Assembly (NCBI GenBank): GCA_964016885.1
Contig: OZ024747.1
Location: 83,638,001-83,702,000, forward strand
Source: Eledone cirrhosa
Taxonomy: Eukaryota
Reading direction: 5' to 3'
DNA: 64,000 nt
Shown: positions 55,429-64,000 of the stretch, one piece after another
Layout of the letters: each line of letters starts with the position of its first letter
Numbering within the stretch: position 1 is the first letter of the stretch
Made by a program: the position numbers and the translations under genes
Notes under the pieces: generated by a model
Told to the model about the DNA's origin: nothing
Database searches by the model: none
The model's input: the letters and a program-made list of their open reading frames with translations, nothing else

Positions 55429-55484
55429 CTCTTAAAACACCCCATGCACATGCAGAACAAAGAAAACAGCTGGAGCGGGCACAG
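55429..55484 (+). CDS. MRTF: MRTF exon encoding the RPEL1-RPEL2 spacer (56 nt, phase 1-0)
   Basis: ttgttgttgcag acceptor and CAG|GTAGAG donor. Encodes (P)LKTPHAHAEQRKQLERAQ, compared with MRTF-A PLKSPAAFHEQRRSLERAR. Phase matches the previous exon. Confidence 0.93.
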
Positions 55485-55746
55485 GTAGAGTATTTCTGCT
55501 ATTATAAAGCTGTCTAGCAACAATAAGACAACCACCCTAACCAAGACCACTATCATCACCATCATGCTTCACACCTTACACCCCCCCTCCTTCTCTTTAT
55601 ATACAGTTCTTACGCCATCACCATTACTACTTTTATTTTTCCTTATTTCACAGAAAGGTTATAACATTTTATCAAACATGATTTACAGCTAGGTCTGTTT
55701 TACTTTAACTTTATACTGGCTGTTTTTCACATGTGTTTTGATTTTT

Positions 55747-55798
<52 letters not shown>

Positions 55799-58621
55799 CA
55801 CACACAAACTGTAGATATGCATGCACGTGTATACGTGTCTGTGAAAGAGAGAAAAAGTATGTTTACATACTGGTTTCAGATAGATTCTAAGAATAAGACG
55901 TACACAATTGTAAGGTCTCATACATATGTGCACGGAATCACCCACACATATGTTGATAACAACTGTAAACATACAGAAGCACTCATTTTACTCAGATGTA
56001 TGCGCCCCATACACAGACACACATATCACACATATATACACATGCATGCATATACAGATAAATATTTGCACCGATATGCACTCACCCAAACAGACAGAGA
56101 CATGTGTTTCAGGCACATATGCCCTAAAAATTCATCTTTGGTGGCAGGCAGTGTCATAGCTAAGGTCAACTGTTCTCACATCAACAGAAAAAAATGTTGT
56201 TTCAATAAATATGAAGTGACGAATCAGAGTTGTATTTCTTTCCCAGTCCTCCACTGTTTTCAATTCTACTGTTATCCAATGTCTGCTGTGACCTTCACTG
56301 CAAGATCATACACACAAGATCACCTATTCTTAGTCATAGTCCTGTATACCTATCTGTTTTGTTATTGCATTGTGTGGATCTTTTACATTGAAACTCTCTA
56401 ACTCTTCTGATAACTAAATCACCTGAAACTGATGCTGGTTCTACGATAATAAGCTGCTTATTTTAAAGTGTTTTTGTTTATCTAAAACCCTTTCATCATA
56501 ATCTTATGTGAGAACCTTTAAATTTTGCCCAAACCACCAACTTAATGATGAGAAAGTTACTAATATTGCTAAATCCCTCCAAATTCTTGATTATTTTCAA
56601 AATTACTTGAAAACTTTAGGCAGTGTCTTTCGTTAGAAATATGATAATGAAAGGATTAAAGTTTTGATGTTTGAGAAGTATATGAAGCTTATTATAAACT
56701 CATAGTGTCCTTCCTTCTATCAGTTTCAATAAATAGGACATTGTTTGCATTAGATCTGTTATTGTTGCTCATGCCTCTTATGATGCACAACCTTTAGAGC
56801 TCTCTCTTTCTCTCTCCTACTCCTTCCCAGAGCCTAGTCCCACCTATCTAACTTGATCTGTCCTTGTGGGTTTGATCTTGGGAATGTGTATTTAATTTGC
56901 ATGCAATAGAACAAAGTGTTTGGTGTTGTGCATGTCCACCTTACAGAAAGTTATCAAGTGCCCAAATAATTAAGCTGGAGTTTAGTTCATAGCTTAAACA
57001 TTTTCTTCCATAACATTATTTCTATTTAAATAGGAATACTTTACAACAAGAGGTTTATCATCACTAAATCAGGGCAGTTTTGGGTGGGTTGGAATCAAAA
57101 GGGTTAATGATATACAATCCATGGGTGGAGAACAAGTGAGTGGCAAAAGAACATCTGGCACTGAGATTTTGAAATCTTTATCAGAAGAATTGGAATACAG
57201 CTGGAAGAAAATTGAGGGAAAGCTCAGTATTTCTGTGTCTATAGGATCTTCACCTATGTTCCCTATAATCAAGTAAAAAATAGAACAAGTGTAGTTGTTT
57301 ATTATTCTGTAGACACTAGACACTGGCATAGCTGTGTGGTTATGAAATTAATTTTGCTTGGTTTCAGATTCACTCCCACTGTGTGACACCTTTGAGAGGT
57401 GTCTTCAACAGTAGCCTTGTGTTGATTAATACTTTATGAGTAAAATTTTGGAGACAAAACCTGCAGAAACCTCTTGTTTGTATGTCTATGTCTATCTCCT
57501 CGACAGTTCAATGCAAAACGCAATCAATAAAAAAAATGAAGTGCTGATGTTGGTACGATCGAGTAAAACTCTTCAAGTTGTTACCCTACTAGAGCCACAC
57601 TGTAATGATTGAAACCAGTAAAATAATAAAAGAATATCCACGTTAAAGCAGCTGAGTTAAATGCTTTTGTCTGACATAGAACACAATCTGTTATGAGGAG
57701 ATATGTGCCAGATAAATTAGCTATGTAGCACTTAACACTATTCAATTAGCTATAGTACTTATGGCAGTAACCTCTCAGCTACAGATGATGTAAATGAAAC
57801 GTTTTTTCCCCCACATTATCTAAATTTCAACCCAACTACCTATCTTCATCTTCATCTTACTTCTATGCTTTGTAACGCTGAATTTATTTATGCATGTTCT
57901 TTCATGCTTATTTTTAAAGAAGCTGGGGGGGGGGGGGGGGGGCTTAAAGAAATTTACAGATGGCCCTCTCTAGATGGACCTGTAACTGATGTCATCAACA
58001 TGGGTGTATGTGGTGTGTGTGTTTGGAGGGGTAGTATAGAGTATAAAAATGTCAGCAATGATAACTATCAAATTGATAATTGTGGTAGAAAGATAATTAT
58101 TTCTAGTATTTTAGAAAGTAATTGGAGTGTGTGTGTGACATCTTTTAAGCTTGTAAGATCATTTCACCTTTTTAACACCAGTCCATCCCAAACCACCTCT
58201 GGCTTTATGGAACAACATGATCCATTTAGAAGTGACCTGTTTAAATTAAAATCTTCCAGAATAATTTTAGTAATTCCATCTAAATTATTCAAATACAGGT
58301 GTGTTTTATCAAAATTATGGTAATAAAAGGGTTAATCCTTTAGCATTTAAACTGGCCATATCTGGCCAGGCTTTGTGGTTAAGGTATTCGGCCCACAATG
58401 GTAAGATTGTAAGTTCTGTCCTTTAGCAAAATACTTTATTTCCCGTTGCTCCAGTCTACTCAGCTGACAAAAGTGAGTTGTACCTGTAATTTAAACGGCC
58501 AACCTTGTCACATTAATTTCATGAGCAGGATGCTCCATTACTCGCCATTGTAACTGATTGAGTGCCTCCACACACATACACACACACGCATATATATGTG
58601 TGTGTGTATATATATATATAT

Positions 58622-59279
58622 CAGTAATATACGTGAACGACAAAGCATAAAGGAATTGAGAAACAGTAATATACGTGAACGACAAAGCATAAAGGAATTG
58701 AGAGAGAGACTGAGCATAAGAGGAATCAAATGTTGCGTGCAGGAGAGGCGGTTACGCTGGTATGGACATGTGATGCGTATGAAGGATGACAGCTGCATAA
58801 AAAGGTGCAGAGCACTAGAAGTTGATGGAAACCGCGGAGTGGGGAGACCCAAGATGACTTGGGATGAGGTGATAAAAGCCGACCTTACCCAACTACACCT
58901 CTCAAAGACAATGACACACGACCGTGACTTCTGGCGTCACGCAGTAATACAGGGTACCCGACCTCCCATGGGTACATGCTGAAGCATATAAACAATATGC
59001 CCCCACTCCCCCCACCGCAAGGTGGTCGTGGAGGTGCCACGGCAAAAAAGCACCCAGCCCACACTGTAAAGTGGACGTGTAGGCGCCACAAAAAAGCACC
59101 CAGCACTCACTGTAAATGAGGTTGGTGTTAGGAAGGGCATCCAGCTGTAGAAATCAAGCCAGATCAGTTCCTGTATGAGCAAGGCATGGTCAGCCGACCA
59201 GACACTGCCCACAACAGGACAACCCGTCTAACCCATGCTAGCGTGGAAGAACGGACATAAAACGGTGATGATGATGATG

Positions 59280-59281
<2 letters not shown>
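58622..59281 (+). mobile_element. Young 5'-truncated RTE LINE with a 42-bp 5'-terminal tandem duplication
   Basis: ORF 58596-58982 shows SNIRERQSIKELR twice; near-identical to 14044-14692; TA repeats on both sides. Confidence 0.94.
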
Positions 59282-59312
<31 letters not shown>

Positions 59313-60363
59313 TGAACTCATTTAACTCTTTTGGTACCAAGCACCTGAAAACGCCCCTGGTTGTATGATACAAAGTTGTTTGTTTATATTTATCTAAAAC
59401 CCTTGCATTATAATTTTATGTAAGATCTTTTGTTGTAACGAGTCACTTGATAATGAGAAGGTTAGTTATATCACTAAATCCCTTGAAATTCTTGATTATT
59501 TTCAAAATAATTTGAAACATATTGGCAGTGTCTTTTATTAGAAATAATGCAATAAAAGAGTTAAAGAATTTGTTTTTACATGCATCTATGCACATGCTTG
59601 CAGACACATGCACACATACAGACAAGGAAAGAGAAACAAGAAAATAATAATAATAAAAAAATAGAATAGTAAAAATAAATGTACGGATAGTTAATGAGGT
59701 TTTGACTAATTTTCAGTGTAATGTTTTGAACAAGGTATATAATGTTTATGTTATTAAAAAAGCATCAGCTCTAGCCCTTAGTTTGTTAACTGCTGCTTTT
59801 GAGTGTGTGTACGTGTGTGTATGTGTATACGTGTGTGTGTGTGTACAGGACAAATCTGGCTGAATGCCAAAAAATTTTTTTCTTTTATCAGCATTCTCGG
59901 CACACTTCCAAAACCCAGGTGTTTTCTGATTTGTTTTTGACGATTTGTGAAAAAAAAAGTGGGCATGGGGTGGGCAAAAAAAAAGAAGAAAAGAAGAAAA
60001 TAAGTGTGCACCATAGAAATTGTCTGGATGCATTCCCTGAGCACCAGTCATATATATATATATATATACACATACATACATATATATATACATACATACA
60101 TACATATATATATGTACATACATACATATATATATACATACATACATATATATATACATACATATATATATATATATATACATACACACACATATATGTG
60201 TGTGTGTGTGTGAGTATTTATGTGCATGTGTGTGTGTGTATATATAAACAATATACACATACAGATACTTGAATTAAAACATCTAAGTATAAAGGCATAA
60301 AGCCAAGAATAATTACTGTGAGAGCTGATAGAAATCGAGCTCTCTCGTATCCTGTTGTGATTG

Positions 60364-60402
<39 letters not shown>

Positions 60403-60415
60403 ATATATACACATA

Positions 60416-60633
60416 TATATTTGAAAAAAAGGAAAAGAATGACTTCACTTGTAGTGTTAAATAATTTGATTTAATTTTATAATATTAAAATATTATGAGT
60501 TGGTAGATCTAGTAAGTTCTTTGTTAACTTACTAGACCTACCAACTCGTAATATTATATATAATATTATAAAATTAAATCAAATTATTTAACACTACAAG
60601 TGAAGTCATTCTTTTCCTTTTTTTTACAAATAT
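60416..60633. repeat. ~100-bp-arm inverted repeat with a 7-nt loop
   Basis: Left arm ...GGAAAAGAATGACTTCACTTGTAGTG...CTAGTAAGTT, loop CTTTGTT, then a reverse-complement arm with a few mismatches or indels. Confidence 0.93.
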
Positions 60634-60743
60634 ACCTAACTGTACCAAGGATCTCTTACATTTTCCAATATATATATATATCATCATCATCATCATCAAC
60701 TAACGTCTATCTTCCACGTTAGCATGGGTTATATATATATATA

Positions 60744-60789
<46 letters not shown>

Positions 60790-62091
60790 TTAGTTGATTA
60801 TATTGACCTTTCAAGTCTGGCACTTATCTTATCAATCTCTTTTTGTTGAAATGTTAAGTTATGAGACAATAACACACACACATCCTTAACATAACTCTTT
60901 AGCAATTTAAACTGTCCCTATTTGACCAGAATTCTCTCACCTTTTTCTGTTAAAATTAACCATAACTGGTTGCTCACACTTATGTTAAGGTATTGTTCTC
61001 AAAATAAATAGTATCAAAATTTGATAGATTCGATATTATGTGAGATAAAGCCTTTATTGTGAAAATACAATAGTATAAATAGAATAATATAAATGCTAAA
61101 GAGTTAACTCCAAAGCTGAATCATTGTGATACAATATGTGACGAGGCCTTGTCTTTGAATTACAGTTATCGACTATCTGATGGGCTTTCACACAATTTCT
61201 GTTTACCCAGTTTTACTCAGAAAGCTTGCACTGATGGAGGTTATGGTAAAAAAAACTTGTCAACATGCCACAGTGTGATCAAATATGGGACCTTAAGATG
61301 GCAAAGCAAAGTTTTTAACCACCCAGTCATGGCTGTGCCCATAGTGAGTGAAGGGATGAATTATTGTGTGTGTGTTCTTAAAATTTGATGAATTAATTCT
61401 TGTACTGAATGAAGCCTCTTTAACAATATACAATCTTCAAAAGTACAAAAAAAGCACTGACTGCATCACATTAAAAATTAGACTCTTTACGTTAGTTTAC
61501 TGCAAATTGTCACATTGATCTGTTCAGTAGTAAAGATTCTATAAATATTTGAATTAACAATCCAGTTTTTAGATTATTTTCTAATTACAGAAGGTTGGAG
61601 GGGGTTAAGGGAAGTATTCTCTGTGTATGTGAGTAAATTAGGTTATATGTTCAATTCTGCAAACACTAAGTGCCTGTGCTATCTCATTATTTCCGCTCCC
61701 ATACTACAAACATAGATGTTTATTATTAAATGAATTTCTTAGGCTCAAAGTGAGGTTTTATGATAGCAAGGAGTGTAGATAATTTAATCAAGCCTGGAAT
61801 GTATTTCATTGCTTCTCTTATCCCAAGATATCAAAGCAAAAATTTGAATGCAACCAGATTTGAATATGTAATATTAAGCTACTTGTGTATAAATATATGT
61901 TACCATATTTTGCAAATAACCAAGAATTTGAACTTTCTCATTATTAAGCTAATATTTGAAACATAATCTAACAAAGGTTCTTACATAAAATTATGATGGA
62001 AGATTTTTCAGATGAATATAAATATTTTAAAACAAACAATTTTGTACTATAGAACCAGGGCCTGTTTCAAGTAGCTTCATGTCAAAAGACT

Positions 62092-62260
62092 TACCGTTTT
62101 TCTGGGAGTCGAAATGCTACTTTTTTACTAAAACAAGTCTCAAAAACCTATCATGCATTCTGGAGGCGGAAGGTTGCATTTTCTTTTTTCAAATTTTTGT
62201 TTGTCATAATTAGGGTGCGTCCTCGAGGAGGAATTATCTTTGGCGCCCGGAAATACAGTA
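62092..62260. mobile_element. pogo/Tigger-like MITE
   Basis: TA-flanked imperfect TIRs TACCGTTTTTCTGGGAGTC / GGCGCCCGGAAATACAGTA. Confidence 0.55.
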
Positions 62261-63706
62261 ATATTTTTCCTACTTGGGTGATAGAATTAATCAGTTGGTT
62301 AGTTTAACACCACCTTCTGACTCTTATGTGCCTTTAGTTATTCTACTCTGTTAGAAGGGTTCTGGCCAGATCCCAATTTGAGAATACCTTGAAGGCCCCT
62401 GTTTTATTAAATTCTAGTATGAGATCGATGAGAAATGACTAGCCTTTGTACTCAGTTCTAGGCTGGTAAGATTGATGCAGTTGGTATTCAGCTTGAATTT
62501 TTGCCCATCTAGAAAACACAGGAGACAAAGGGGGTTGTAGTTCTAAGTAGTTACCAACATCCAGCCAGCCAACCAACCAACCAACCAGCCAACAAGTATT
62601 TTAAAGCTATGTTCCATGCTAAAGCAGAGGCTAGTTAGCCTTCCAGGCTCCACGACAAACTTCATATTGGAGTTGAAGGAGAAGCTGGGTTTAAGAGGAA
62701 TTCAAGCTAGTATGCAGGAAAGAAGACTGTTGGTTTGGACATGTGAGGTACCTGGACAATGATCGTGCCAGTGGAAGGAAGTCACAGTAGAGGTAGATCA
62801 AGAACGGCCTGGGTAGAGATTGTGAGAGCTGATTTCAAACCACTGAGACTCACAGAGGTGACAGCAAAAGATCGCAACATGTGGAGAGATGCTGTGCTGA
62901 GAAGGACCCATCCAACCCATGCAAGTGTGGAAAAGTGGATGTAAAAACGATGACGATGATGATGATGATTCCTTCAAAGAAAAATTTCACAAATTTCTAG
63001 TTCTTTTCCTCCTCTTCCTCCTTCTTGCAAACTCTCCTCCTCTCCGCTATTACTACACATCTATCAAATAGTTTTGGATAGATGCCTTGGTAGTATGTGT
63101 ATCTAGGAATGTCATCTGATCAGATCAGGTTACCATGTGGGGATGTTGTTGTTTGGGTCTGTCAGCTTGTAATTTTTTTTTTGTTTGTTTATTATATTTT
63201 TTTTTACTTAAGCTTTGAGGACACCATTTTAAAACCCATTTACATGCTGTTTCTTGTTGTTTAACCCTCGGCCAGCTGTGATAGTCTTGTCTTTTAATTT
63301 TTGTATGTGTGTTGAGGTATATGTTCTGAGTTCAAATCCCATCGAGGTCAGCTTTGCTTTTCATCCTTCACAGGTTGCTAAAATAAAGCACCAGTAATGC
63401 ACTGGGGTCGATTTAATCAACTTTCCTCTTCCCAAATTGCTGGCCTTGTGCCTATTGTAGAAATCATTATATAAATTAAAATCTTTATTACAATCTTATC
63501 GCATGAATGATAACATGAGCTTTCATTTTGTTAACACCAGCATAATATATACCAATGTATAAAGTGACAGGTGTTCTACCAAAACACTTCAAAAAGACTG
63601 TTATTGAAAATTAATTGACTCATTAGGAATATAGTCCATTTATTTTATAAAAATTCCTGTAACACTAACAAGAACCATTTCTAATTTCAACTCTTATTTC
63701 CTTCAG

Positions 63707-63729
63707 AGTTCATTAAAAACTTTGTTTAG
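63707..63729 (+). other. Candidate 23-nt micro-exon or recursive splice site in the MRTF intron
   Basis: CTAAT branch-like word (63681), pyrimidine tract, CAG acceptor (63704-06), then TTTAG|GTAAGT donor at 63730. Confidence 0.4.
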
Positions 63730-64000
63730 GTAAGTGGCAGAGATTTTGGTAGGAACAGAGGGGTTATTTTTCTGTATATGAATCATTGTTAGTATGGCAG
63801 AGAAACTATTAAGAGATGAGCTGATTAGATCAGAGTAAACTTAACTGTTATATACTTTAACAATGACAACAAAAAAATAATCCAATAATACAGGTGCAAA
63901 TGTGGCTTTGTGGTTAAGAAGTTTGTTTTGAAAACATGGTTTGAGGTTCACTCCCACTGCATGACATCTTGGGTTACTGTCTTGTACTATAGATTTAGTT

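Noticed and set aside
55817-56401. 194-aa ORF (also 7674-8126, 57865-58323 and 671-1000)
   Set aside because: Low-complexity, repeat-overlapping or antisense-to-mariner sequence with no recognisable domain or splice support.

Overview
AT-rich, repeat-dense animal DNA. The SINE, RTE and MITE repertoire suggests an octopodid cephalopod (inference). The only host gene I can support is the 5' part of a myocardin/MRTF-family gene on the + strand. Three GT-AG exons (26875-27144, 49183-49248, 55429-55484) splice in frame to ...AMDKNKE-SLKRKLLLRRSVNELVDQGIYPP-LKTPHAHAEQRKQLERAQ, i.e. RPEL1 plus its spacer; the rest of the gene lies beyond the window. The large introns hold a young 5'-truncated RTE LINE with a PHD finger inside its RT, several near-identical RTE 3' ends mostly beside (TA)n tracts, a deleted mariner, three TTAA-flanked piggyBac-type MITE families, tRNA-derived SINEs, Penelope-type hammerhead ribozyme motifs, long palindromes and kb-scale microsatellites. 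Almost all other ORFs in the track are microsatellite, antisense or chance ORFs. All calls were made by eye, without database searches.
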